From NCBI GenBank assembly GCA_050015255.1, contig JBEKBT010000003.1, positions 2,593 to 66,592 of the forward strand: DNA of 64,000 nucleotides, in the 5' to 3' direction. Source of the DNA: Acidimicrobiales bacterium. GTDB taxonomy: Bacteria; Actinomycetota; Acidimicrobiia; Acidimicrobiales; Bog-793. A program made the translations under genes and the position numbers. The notes under the pieces are model-generated. The model ran no database searches. It saw only the letters and a program-made list of their open reading frames with translations, and was not told where the DNA came from. This document shows positions 1-8,088 of this stretch, piece after piece. Each line of letters opens with the position of its first letter. Position 1 is the stretch's first letter.

Positions 1-1
1 C

Positions 2-232
2 GGCTTCTGTCACCCTGCCTTCGCCCGCCTTGGCGCGATCGAGTGCCCCGTAGTGATCGCCTGCGGCGGCGAGAGCCACGACTTCACTCCGGCCGCGCTC
101 GAGCCGCTGGTGGAGCGCCTAGTTGACGGGCAGCTCGAGGTGCTCCCCGGGCTCGGCCATTTCGGGCCGCTCGAGCAGCCCGGCATCGTCGCCGAGTCGG
201 TGATCCGGGCTCTTGACCCACCCCCGGCGTAG
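2..232 (+). CDS. alpha/beta-fold hydrolase, C-terminal fragment (5' end lies outside the window)
   Basis: Hand translation of frame 2 gives ...CPVVIACGGESHDFTPAALEPLVERLVDGQLEVLPGLGHFGPLEQPGIVAESVIRALDPPPA, followed by TAG at 230-232. The GHFxPxEQP block is the usual catalytic-His region of alpha/beta hydrolases. It is absent from the ORF track because it has no start codon in the window. Confidence 0.55.
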   Translation, partial: GFCHPAFARLGAIECPVVIACGGESHDFTPAALEPLVERLVDGQLEVLPGLGHFGPLEQPGIVAESVIRALDPPPA

Positions 233-242
233 CCTGGCCTCA

Positions 243-1181
243 ATGGCTCCTGTTGCGACCGAACTAGACCTTCCGAGCACACTCTCGCCCTCGAAGATCA
301 CCGCCTTTACGAACTGCCCGCTCACGTTTCGGTTCTCGGTCATCGAGCACCTGCCGGAGCCGCCGTCGCCGGCCGCCCTGAAAGGAACGCTCGTCCACCG
401 GGCGCTCGAGCTGTTGTTCACTGACTACCGGGCCGGCTCGAGGAGCAGGTCGGCAGCACAGGCGAGCCTGGATCGTGCCTGGCAGGAGTTGCGCGCCGGC
501 GTAGAGCTCGAAGCTCTGAAGCTCGACGGGGCGGAGACGGCCGCCTTTATCGCCGATGCGCGTGAGCTCGTGAGCCGCTACTTCGAGCTCGAGGACCCGG
601 ACACAGTCCGGGCCGTCGGTCTCGAGCTGCACGTGAGCACCGACCTCGACGGCGTCACGGTGCACGGAATCATCGACCGCCTCGACGAGCTCGATGACGG
701 CAGCCTGGTCGTCGTCGATTACAAGACCGGGCGCGCCCCTCGCAGCGAGCAGTCGAGATCACGTCTGAGCGGGGTGCAGATGTACGCCCTCATGTGCGAG
801 GCGGAACGGAAGGTAAGGCCAGCGGTCGTCCGCCTTCTCTACCTGCGCGACCGGATCGTCGTCTCGGCGACACCGACAGACCAGACGATGCGCGGCACCC
901 GCCAGCGAGCCCTCGGCGTCTGGTCTGCCATCGAACGAGCGTGCAGGGAGGACGACTTCCGGCCCAACCCGTCGAGCCTGTGCCGTTTCTGTGCCTTCCA
1001 GGCATATTGCCCTTGCTTCGGAGGCGACCCGGCGCTGGCGGCTCCGGCGCTGGCGGCTCCGGCGCTGGAGGCGCCGCCATTGGCGGCGCCGGCAGTGGCC
1101 GTTCCGGCGCTGGCGGCCACGGTTCTGGCCTCTCCGACCTTGGAGGCCCCAGGCGTGAGCTCGGTGAGCCTGCCCGCCTGA
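243..1181 (+). CDS. PD-(D/E)XK / RecB-family exonuclease with a Cas4-like cysteine cluster and a C-terminal PALAA-repeat tail
   Basis: ORF 213..1181. The ATG at 243 avoids overlap with the upstream gene. Motifs seen: LSPSKITAFTNCPLTFRF, GTLVHRALE, VVVDYKTGRAP, GVQMYAL and C-terminal CRFCAFQAYCPC (3 Cys plus the N-terminal Cys, as in Cas4/AddB-type Fe-S nucleases). Its stop shares one nucleotide with the next gene's start (TGATG at 1179-1183). Confidence 0.7.
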   Translation: MAPVATELDLPSTLSPSKITAFTNCPLTFRFSVIEHLPEPPSPAALKGTLVHRALELLFTDYRAGSRSRSAAQASLDRAWQELRAGVELEALKLDGAETAAFIADARELVSRYFELEDPDTVRAVGLELHVSTDLDGVTVHGIIDRLDELDDGSLVVVDYKTGRAPRSEQSRSRLSGVQMYALMCEAERKVRPAVVRLLYLRDRIVVSATPTDQTMRGTRQRALGVWSAIERACREDDFRPNPSSLCRFCAFQAYCPCFGGDPALAAPALAAPALEAPPLAAPAVAVPALAATVLASPTLEAPGVSSVSLPA

Positions 1182-1780
1182 TGCGTCCGTCCGCCGCTCT
1201 CAAAGCCGACGCCACACCAAGCCGGGTCGAGGCCTTCGACGCTCGGGTCGACGACGTTTTCGCCCGCTTGCGCGGCAATCCGATCGCGGATCGGGTCTTC
1301 TACTCCGCTTCCGCGCTCGGTGACTTCGGTCTGTTGTGGCTCGCGCTCGGGCTCCTGCGGATCCTTCGCGGCCGCCCCGGCGACACTCGCGCGGGATTGC
1401 GAGCGATCATCGCCACTGGGATCGAATCGGTTGTCGTCAACGCCGGGCTGAAATCACTGTTCAGGAGAAGGCGCCCCAGGCCAGTGGAGGCGCATCCGCT
1501 CCCCTTCCGCCAACCGATCACTTCGAGTTTTCCGAGCGGCCACGCAACCGCAGCCTTCTGCGCGGCCACGTTGCTCGCTGACGGAAAGAAACGCGCGCCG
1601 GTCTACTACGCGCTGGCGTTGGTGGTGGCGCTCAGCCGCATCCACACGAAGATCCACCATGCCTCTGACGTCGTCGGCGGGATCGCGATCGGTCTGATTC
1701 TCGGTCGCGTGGCCAGACGCATCGCTCCTCTTCAGCGACCATCCCCGCCGACGCGCAAAAAGCGCCTGGGCCGAACCTGA
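1181..1780 (+). CDS. PAP2-family (type 2 phosphatidic acid / undecaprenyl-PP-like) phosphatase
   Basis: Internal ATG at 1181 of ORF 794..1780. Canonical PAP2 motifs SFPSGHATAA and SRIHTKIHHASDV, plus hydrophobic segments. Confidence 0.8.
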   Translation: MRPSAALKADATPSRVEAFDARVDDVFARLRGNPIADRVFYSASALGDFGLLWLALGLLRILRGRPGDTRAGLRAIIATGIESVVVNAGLKSLFRRRRPRPVEAHPLPFRQPITSSFPSGHATAAFCAATLLADGKKRAPVYYALALVVALSRIHTKIHHASDVVGGIAIGLILGRVARRIAPLQRPSPPTRKKRLGRT

Positions 1781-1781
1781 C

Positions 1782-2741
1782 TCAAACGGGCGGGTTCGCG
1801 CCTTCTGGCCCGCCTCTCGTCGCCGTCGTGGCACCGATCGCAGCCGCGGCCCCCTGAACAGGCGCGACCGCTGCCGGCGAGGACGGGGATGCGCTCGAGG
1901 TCGGCGGAGTCGGCTGGGGCGGTGGCACAGCGAACGGCGTGACCTCGTCGGCTGAGCCGCGGCGAAAGAACTCGAGCAGCTCGATCGGGATGGGGAAAAT
2001 CAGAGTCGAATTGTGCTCGGTCGCGACTTCGGCAAGGGTCTGCAAGGACCGCAACTGCATCGAACCGGGAGCCGACGCCAGCGTCGTGGCCGCCTCCGAC
2101 AGCTCTCTCGAGGCCTCGAGCTCGCCGGTGGCGGCGATCACCTTGGCCCGGCGCTCGCGTTCGGCCTCGGCCTGGCGGGACATCGCCCGCACGAGCTCGG
2201 GCGGGAGGGAGATGTCGCGGATCTGGACCTCGTGCACCTCGACGCCGAAACCTTGAGTGGACAGCGCGATCTGCGCTTTCAGCTCGTTGTTGATGTCCTC
2301 TCGGTGCGCGAGGAGATTGTCCAGCTCGTGGCGACCGATTATCGAGCGCAGGCTCGTCATCGCGATGCGCTGGCTCGCAAGACGGAAGTTGTCCACCCCG
2401 ACGACGGCCCTGACGGGGTCGTCGACTCGGTAATAGACGACGGCATCGACCTGCAAGGTGACGTTGTCAGCCGTGATCGCAGACTGCGGGGGGATGTCGA
2501 CCACTTCGACCCGGAGATTCACCTTGACGACCCGGTCGACCCCCGGAATGCGGAATATCAGGCCGGGGCCCTTGGCCTGCGCCCGGATCCGCCCGAAGCG
2601 GAAGAACACCGCCCGCTGGTACTCCGTCACCACCGTCAAGCACGAGCGAAGGAAGATAATGCCGACCAGCACGAGGACGACGACGCCTCCGATGATCCCG
2701 CCGACGAGGGGATCCGAAGCCAGAATGCCTGGTAACACCAT
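1782..2741 (-). CDS. SPFH/band-7 (stomatin/prohibitin-like) membrane protein with a Pro/Ala/Ser-rich tail
   Basis: ORF 1782..2891. The likely start is the ATG at 2741 (MVLPGILASD..., followed by a TM helix). The SPFH core reads EYQRAVFFRFGRI...IPPQSAITADNVTLQVDAVVYYRV...ERERRAKV. Confidence 0.85.
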   Translation of the reverse strand: MVLPGILASDPLVGGIIGGVVVLVLVGIIFLRSCLTVVTEYQRAVFFRFGRIRAQAKGPGLIFRIPGVDRVVKVNLRVEVVDIPPQSAITADNVTLQVDAVVYYRVDDPVRAVVGVDNFRLASQRIAMTSLRSIIGRHELDNLLAHREDINNELKAQIALSTQGFGVEVHEVQIRDISLPPELVRAMSRQAEAERERRAKVIAATGELEASRELSEAATTLASAPGSMQLRSLQTLAEVATEHNSTLIFPIPIELLEFFRRGSADEVTPFAVPPPQPTPPTSSASPSSPAAVAPVQGAAAAIGATTATRGGPEGANPPV

Positions 2742-2858
2742 GGTGCCAGTGTGCCACTTCCTCCCGTCACGAGCAGACGGATCGCCTTGGAAACGGAGAA
2801 TCGAAACAGAGTCCGCGAGCGGTTGGCCCCTTCGCCCACTCCGGCTACCGTCAGTCCC

Positions 2859-3779
2859 GTGACCACACTGGCTGAGCGACTCGGTTACCACGCGGAGGAC
2901 CGCCTGCTCGTGCTGAGCTGCGCCGAGCTAGGAGTGTTCCACGCCGGGAACGTCGCCATCTACGAGGCGTTGCGCAAAGGGACCGCCACGACCGCGACCT
3001 TGATGGTGCCGGCGCCGTGGGCACGCGGTGCCGCGGCTCAGTACCGGGGAGAAGACGTCGGCGTGGGCCTCACGCTCAATGCCGAGCATGACCTGTATCG
3101 CTGGGGACCGATCACCCAGGCGCCGTCGCTGCTCGACGGTGACGGCGGCTTCCCGCGGACGGCAGCCGACCTTTGGGACCACGCCGACCTCGACGAGGTA
3201 CGCCGGGAGTGCCGCGCTCAGCTCGAGCGGGCGATCTACTGGGGCTTTGATGTGAGCCATCTCGACGCTCATCTGGACGCCGTCCAGCTCAAGCCCGAGT
3301 TCTTCGACGTCTTCTTGGACCTGGCGGAGGATTTCCGCTTACCTCTGCGGCTGCCAGATGCCGGGGCCCAACGGCTCGCCGGCTTCCCCTTCCGGGCCCT
3401 CGCCGCTGAGCGCGGCGTGGTCTCTCCGGACCGTGTCATCCTGACAACCGGCTCAACCGGCGCTCTGCGTGGCCCAGGCGGCGCTAGAGGCACCACCGGG
3501 CCGGTCAGCTCCGATGCCCTCGCGGCAACGGGCGACGGATCGAGCACCGGGGCGCAACTGGGCTCGCTCATTGCCGACCTCGGGCCCGGCGTGACCGAGG
3601 TCTGCTTGCGACCGGCGCTCGACACCCTCGAGCTGCGTGCGGCAGCACCCGACTGGCGGGAACGCACGGTCGACCATGACCTGCTCTCGGCCGGAGGAGC
3701 TCTGGCCGAGGCGGTGGAGGAGGGACAGGTGAAGCTGCTCGGCTACCGGGCCCTTCGCGAGCTCATGCGCGCCGCCTGA
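2859..3779 (+). CDS. YdjC/ChbG-family carbohydrate deacetylase-like protein
   Basis: ORF 2751..3779, with an in-frame GTG at 2859. LGYHAEDRLLVLSCAELGVFHAGNVAI, LTLNAEHDLYRWGP and GFDVSHLDAHLD resemble the YdjC family. The start codon is uncertain. Confidence 0.6.
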   Translation: MTTLAERLGYHAEDRLLVLSCAELGVFHAGNVAIYEALRKGTATTATLMVPAPWARGAAAQYRGEDVGVGLTLNAEHDLYRWGPITQAPSLLDGDGGFPRTAADLWDHADLDEVRRECRAQLERAIYWGFDVSHLDAHLDAVQLKPEFFDVFLDLAEDFRLPLRLPDAGAQRLAGFPFRALAAERGVVSPDRVILTTGSTGALRGPGGARGTTGPVSSDALAATGDGSSTGAQLGSLIADLGPGVTEVCLRPALDTLELRAAAPDWRERTVDHDLLSAGGALAEAVEEGQVKLLGYRALRELMRAA

Positions 3780-3790
3780 GCCTCCCGGCC

Positions 3791-3876
3791 ATCAGACCCC
3801 GCCGGCGATCAGATCCTGCCGGCGATCGGCTCCCGCGGTGATGAGATCCCGCCGGACGTCGGCTCGTCCCGGCACG
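3791..3876. repeat. imperfect ~17-nt tandem repeat (about 5 units) in a convergent intergenic region
   Basis: Units: ATCAGACCCCGCCGGCG / ATCAGATCCTGCCGGCG / ATCGGCTCCCGCGGTG / ATGAGATCCCGCCGGACG / TCGGCTCGTCCCGGCACG. They lie between the stop codons at 3779 and 3893. Confidence 0.6.
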
Positions 3877-3892
3877 CGGCCGGCGGCCACGA

Positions 3893-4279
3893 TCAGAACT
3901 CGGTGATCGCCAAGGTGTCGGCTTGGAGCTGCTTGTACTCCGCCGAGCTCGTGATCGGCAGCATCGCCAGAAGCTTTGCCATGTTGCCGGTGACCTTCAC
4001 CCGACCCTGCATGAAGGCGGCGTTGGCGTCGAGCTCACCCTTTTGGATGCGCATGGCGTCCTCGTAGTTCTGGGTGAGCGTCACCTCAGGATCAGGCAGC
4101 TCGCCGAGCTTTGACTCCAGGAGCTTGCCGTTCTCGAGCACCCAGTAGTAGTGGATGTCGCCGTCGGGTCCGCCGGTGATCACGTACTGCAGCCTGGCGG
4201 AAGCCCCCGGTCGCTCCGGCTGTCCCTCGGCGAGCTTCTTGCCCTCGTCGAGCCACTCCTGGGTCAGCCACTTGGCCAT
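3893..4279 (-). CDS. SCP2 (sterol carrier protein 2-like) domain protein
   Basis: 128 aa. The sequence EDAMRIQKGELDANAAFMQGRVKVTGNMAKLLAM is the typical SCP2 C-terminal signature. Confidence 0.8.
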   Translation of the reverse strand: MAKWLTQEWLDEGKKLAEGQPERPGASARLQYVITGGPDGDIHYYWVLENGKLLESKLGELPDPEVTLTQNYEDAMRIQKGELDANAAFMQGRVKVTGNMAKLLAMLPITSSAEYKQLQADTLAITEF

Positions 4280-4349
4280 GTCGACCTCCTAGGTGTGCCG
4301 GTGGCATTTCCACCGCCACGCTTGCCTACACAGTGTCCGCGGGCGGATG

Positions 4350-5219
4350 CTACCGGCTGGTAGCCAGCCGCACTCCGGCGAACAGGTCGTCCTCGGGAAT
4401 GTCAGTCGCAACGAGGCTTTGCGCCAGGATGTACTCGTCGTAGGGGTGGATGGTGCGCATGATCTCGGGCGGCAGCCCGAACCAGTACTTCGACGACGGA
4501 TCGACCTGTGTCGCGTGCGCGAGCAGTGCCAGCCGGCGGATGTCCTCGAAACCTGTCAGGTCGATCGAGGTCGTGATCTCGTCCTCGTTGCCCGGGCGCT
4601 CCAGCCAGTCCTCGTCGAAGGGTGACTCGAGGCCGAGCTCGAGAAACTTCGCGTGTGTGGCCACGATCCGCGCCCTCGACCAGACCGAGTAGTAGAGCTT
4701 TGCAGACTGGTAGGGCTCCCCCGCCTCCGGGAAGGCCGCGGCATCGCCGGCGGCGGCGAAGGCCGCGACCGAGATGTCGTGAACCCGGATGTGGTCGGGG
4801 TGAGGGTAGTGCTCGTGGTCGTCGCCGTAGGTGATGACGACCTGGGGTCGCACGCGGCGGATCTCGGCCACGAGGCGCCCGACGGTCTCCTCCAGCGGGC
4901 GTGCGGCGAAGGCACGCGGGTCCGCGTTCGCCTCTGTGCCCGCCATGCCCGAGTCGCGATAGCCGAGCAGGACCAGCTCGTCGTAGCCGATGATCTCGAC
5001 GGCTTGATCGAGCTCGCGCCGACGGATCCGGGCGATGTCGGCGCGAACCTCGGCGGTGTCCATGAGAGGATTGAGGATGTCGCCTTCTTCGCCACCGGTA
5101 CAGGTCACGAGAACGGTGTGTACACCTTCGGCGTGATACTTGGCGATTGTCCCGGCACACTTTGAGGCTTCGTCGTCGGGATGTGCGTGCACGGTCAGGA
5201 TGCAGAGCTGGTCGTCCAT
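4350..5219 (-). CDS. mca: mycothiol S-conjugate amidase (LmbE/PIG-L deacetylase family)
   Basis: 289 aa. VHAHPDDEA, VTCTGGEEGDILNP, YPHPDHIRVHDISVAAFAAAGD and GEPYQSAKLYY closely track my memory of mycobacterial Mca. The MshB paralogue cannot be fully excluded. Confidence 0.75.
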   Translation of the reverse strand: MDDQLCILTVHAHPDDEASKCAGTIAKYHAEGVHTVLVTCTGGEEGDILNPLMDTAEVRADIARIRRRELDQAVEIIGYDELVLLGYRDSGMAGTEANADPRAFAARPLEETVGRLVAEIRRVRPQVVITYGDDHEHYPHPDHIRVHDISVAAFAAAGDAAAFPEAGEPYQSAKLYYSVWSRARIVATHAKFLELGLESPFDEDWLERPGNEDEITTSIDLTGFEDIRRLALLAHATQVDPSSKYWFGLPPEIMRTIHPYDEYILAQSLVATDIPEDDLFAGVRLATSR

Positions 5220-5243
5220 GGCTGGTCACGCTAACGGCACAGG

Positions 5244-5262
5244 CGAGCAACGAGGTTGCTCG
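5244..5262. promoter_or_regulatory. perfect 8-bp inverted repeat (CGAGCAAC-GAG-GTTGCTCG) in the mca/pspA divergent intergenic region
   Basis: Read directly from the sequence. It lies 42 nt upstream of the pspA ATG (5304) and 25 nt from the mca start (5219). It is a candidate operator; no binding protein is known. Confidence 0.35.
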
Positions 5263-5303
5263 ACAGGCCTTATGCTGGGATTAAGAAATCAGAGGGAGCA
5301 CAT

Positions 5304-6182
5304 ATGGGTGTGATGAAGCGCCTGACGAACATCGTCCAGGCCAAGGCAAACAAGGTTCTCGACAAGGCCGAGGACCCCCGTGAGACGCTTGATCTCTCTT
5401 ATGAGAAACAGATCGAGCAACTCCAACAGGTAAAGCGCGGGCTCGCCGATGTCGCCACGGCCAAAAAGCGCATCGAGCTCCAGGCTCAGCAGCTGCAGCA
5501 GGCGGCCGCCAAGCTTCAGAACCAGGCACGTCAGGCACTCACGCAAAATCGCGAGGACCTGGCCACCGAGGCTCTCACCCGGCGCTCCGGGATCGCTACT
5601 CAGCTCGAGGGCCTGAAGACCCAGCATGATCAACTGGCACAACAGCAGGAGCGACTCGAGGCGACCACCCAGCAGCTCCAGGCGCGCGTCGAGGCCTTCC
5701 GCACCCAGAAGGAGACGCTGAAAGCCTCCTACACGGCCGCCCAGGCGCAGACGAAGATCGGCGAGGCGGTCTCAGGCATCTCGGAGTCGATGAGCGACAC
5801 CGGCCTCGCGATGCAGCGGGCCCAGGACAAGATCGCCCAGATGCAGGCACGAGCTAGCGCAGTGGACGAGCTTCTCGCCTCGGGCACACTCACGGACCTG
5901 TCCGGGTCGTCCGACCCCATTCAGGCGGAACTCGACAGGACGGCCGCCTCGGGGGACGTGCAGCTGCAACTCGCTCAGATGAAGAGCCAGCTCAACCAGC
6001 CCGCCACCGCACCGAGCGGTGAGCTCGGCGCGGGCAATGCCCCAGCGGGAGCCTCCGACGAGCCGGTCGACGGAGAGGTCGTGCCGGACCAGCCGTCGGC
6101 TGCGGCGGCACCGGCAGCTCCCCCAGCTCCCCCAGCTCCCGCGGACCCCTTCAGCTTGGACGACGCGGGGGCCGGGTCATGA
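5304..6182 (+). CDS. pspA: PspA/IM30/Vipp1-family membrane-stress protein with an Ala/Pro-rich tail
   Basis: ATG at 5304 preceded by AGAGGGAG. MKRLTNIVQAKANKVLDKAEDPRETLDLSYEKQ... is the canonical PspA N-terminus, and the body is a long coiled coil. Confidence 0.9.
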   Translation: MGVMKRLTNIVQAKANKVLDKAEDPRETLDLSYEKQIEQLQQVKRGLADVATAKKRIELQAQQLQQAAAKLQNQARQALTQNREDLATEALTRRSGIATQLEGLKTQHDQLAQQQERLEATTQQLQARVEAFRTQKETLKASYTAAQAQTKIGEAVSGISESMSDTGLAMQRAQDKIAQMQARASAVDELLASGTLTDLSGSSDPIQAELDRTAASGDVQLQLAQMKSQLNQPATAPSGELGAGNAPAGASDEPVDGEVVPDQPSAAAAPAAPPAPPAPADPFSLDDAGAGS

Positions 6183-6457
6183 TCGTCCGTATACTGGGAG
6201 AAGGCCAGTTCGAGCTCGAAGAAAGTCAGGTCGCCTCGCTGGAAACTCTTGACAAGCAACTGTTGGCCGCCCTCGAAGCCGATGACGAGCCGACTTTCCA
6301 CGAGGTGCTCAGCCGGTTGGTTGAAAAAGTTCGGACGGAGGGAGACCCGGTCACGCCGGATCGTTTCGTGCCGTCCGATCTGGTGGTGCCGTCCGAAAAC
6401 GCGTCCCTCGCCGAGCTGCGCGACTTTCTCGCATCAGAGGACGCCGGGGAGTCTTGA
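6179..6457 (+). CDS. PspA-associated small protein (PspAA-like)
   Basis: 92 aa acidic protein (MIVRILGEGQFELEE...). ATGA overlap with the pspA stop and TTGA overlap with the htpX start. The family name is from memory of published Psp-neighbourhood analyses. Confidence 0.65.
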   Translation: MIVRILGEGQFELEESQVASLETLDKQLLAALEADDEPTFHEVLSRLVEKVRTEGDPVTPDRFVPSDLVVPSENASLAELRDFLASEDAGES

Positions 6458-7413
6458 GCCAGTTGTCGACACGTACTCGTTTTCCTGCTGATCGCGGACT
6501 CACGGCCCGCATGATGCTGACAGTCTTCCTGCTGGGGCTGCTTTACGCCGTTTTCGTCACGGTGCTCTTCCTGGTCGGGGTCAAGCTCGTCTTCATCCTC
6601 GTCATCGCCTTCGCGCTGCTCTTCGTCCAGTACTTCTATTCGGACCGGATCGCGTTGTACTCGATGAAGGGCAAGATCGTCACCCGCGAGCAGGCCCCCC
6701 AGCTGCACGGGGTGGTCGACCGCCTCTGCGCGATGGCCGACATGCCCAAGCCCCGAGTCGCGATCGCGGACGTCGACATGCCGAACGCGTTCGCGACCGG
6801 TCGCGACCAGAAGCACGCCGTCCTCTGTGTCACGACGGGCATCCTGCGACGCCTGGACGAGCCCGAGCTCGAGGCCGTGCTGGCCCACGAGCTGTCTCAC
6901 GTCGCGCATCGCGACGTCGCCGTGATGACCATCGCCAGCTTTCTCGGGATCCTGGCCGGCTTGCTCACCCGCGTGCTCCTCTACGCCGGGCTGTTCGGCG
7001 GCTTCGGCGGGGGAGGCAACAGGGGTCGAAGCGGCGGAGGGGGCATGGGCGGAGGCGGTCAGTTGGCCATTATCGAGCTGGGAATGCTCCTTTTCTCCGC
7101 AGTGATCTACGCCATCAGCTTCCTCCTCATCCGCACCCTCTCCCGTTACCGGGAGCTGGCGGCGGACCGGTCAGGGGCGATCCTCATCGGCCAGCCCCGG
7201 TTGTTAGCTCAAGCGCTCGTAAAAGTGACAGGTGAGATGTCGCGCATCCCCTCCCGCGACCTGCGGTCGGCGGAGCACTTCAACGCCTTCTTCTTCGCTC
7301 CCGCCTTCGCCAAGGGGACCAGCCTCTCGACACTGTTCTCGACCCACCCCACCCTCGAGCGCCGCCTGCAGCAGCTGACCCAGCTCGAGGCCCAGATGGG
7401 CCGCGCGGCGTGA
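6454..7413 (+). CDS. htpX: HtpX-type M48 zinc metalloprotease (membrane)
   Basis: HELSHVAHRD zinc motif, NAFATG, a C-terminal STHPTLERR motif, 4 hydrophobic segments and a Gly-rich insert (GGFGGGGNRGRSGGGGMGGGG). Confidence 0.9.
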   Translation: MSQLSTRTRFPADRGLTARMMLTVFLLGLLYAVFVTVLFLVGVKLVFILVIAFALLFVQYFYSDRIALYSMKGKIVTREQAPQLHGVVDRLCAMADMPKPRVAIADVDMPNAFATGRDQKHAVLCVTTGILRRLDEPELEAVLAHELSHVAHRDVAVMTIASFLGILAGLLTRVLLYAGLFGGFGGGGNRGRSGGGGMGGGGQLAIIELGMLLFSAVIYAISFLLIRTLSRYRELAADRSGAILIGQPRLLAQALVKVTGEMSRIPSRDLRSAEHFNAFFFAPAFAKGTSLSTLFSTHPTLERRLQQLTQLEAQMGRAA

Positions 7414-8018
7414 AGCTGTTCGACGTCCTCCTGGGTCGGACCAAGCCTGCCCAGCCCGACCTCGACCATCTCTTCGGACTCCCGGGCGCTCAGATCACAC
7501 TCGAGGCCTCTCTCGGCCTGCGCCCCACAGGCCAGGCTGGAGTCTGCTTCAAGCCGGCCACGGGACAGGAGTTCGCGCAGACGGCCACAGAGGTAGAGCA
7601 GCTGCTCGACCTCGGCGAGGGCGTGAAGATCCACGAGGAATCCGATTCCTACGGGTACCGGTGGGCCGTGATCGAGGACGACGACTTCGGCGATCTCATC
7701 AACGAGGTCCATGTCGTCAACACGACGCTCGAGGACCATGGCTGGGGACCGCAGCTTCTGTGCTCGGTCTTCGGTTTCGCACCGATCCCAGGCGGGGCAT
7801 CCGACCCCGCGGCGGCAACCGGCGCGCCCAAAGTGGCCGGGACCTACCTCGTCTACCTCTACAAGCGGGGCACTTTCTACCCGTTCGTCCCGCTCGCGGC
7901 CGCCGAGAAACGCGACTCGGAACGCGAGCGCCTGCTGAACGTGACCTTGGCCACCGACCTCGCGATGGAGCCCGACCTCGAGCGCTGGTTCCCTCTGTGG
8001 GGGCTGCCCGTCCACTGA
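7410..8018 (+). CDS. conserved hypothetical protein, PspA-operon member (PspAB-like)
   Basis: 202 aa. GTGA overlap with the htpX stop. Protein-like composition (YGYRWAVIEDDDFGDLINEVHVVNTTLEDHGWGPQLLCSVF). The family name is recalled, not verified. Confidence 0.55.
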   Translation: MKLFDVLLGRTKPAQPDLDHLFGLPGAQITLEASLGLRPTGQAGVCFKPATGQEFAQTATEVEQLLDLGEGVKIHEESDSYGYRWAVIEDDDFGDLINEVHVVNTTLEDHGWGPQLLCSVFGFAPIPGGASDPAAATGAPKVAGTYLVYLYKRGTFYPFVPLAAAEKRDSERERLLNVTLATDLAMEPDLERWFPLWGLPVH

Positions 8019-8036
8019 CGGCGCCGCGAGAACGCA

Positions 8037-8088
8037 GGCTCACCGGGGCGGGCCCACAGCCGGGAGCGGCGGGCTCACCGGGGCGGGC
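8037..8088. repeat. 17-nt direct repeat GGCTCACCGGGGCGGGC, two copies 35 nt apart
   Basis: Copies at 8037-8053 and 8072-8088. The second copy contains the stop codon (8075-8077) of the minus-strand gene. Confidence 0.6.
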
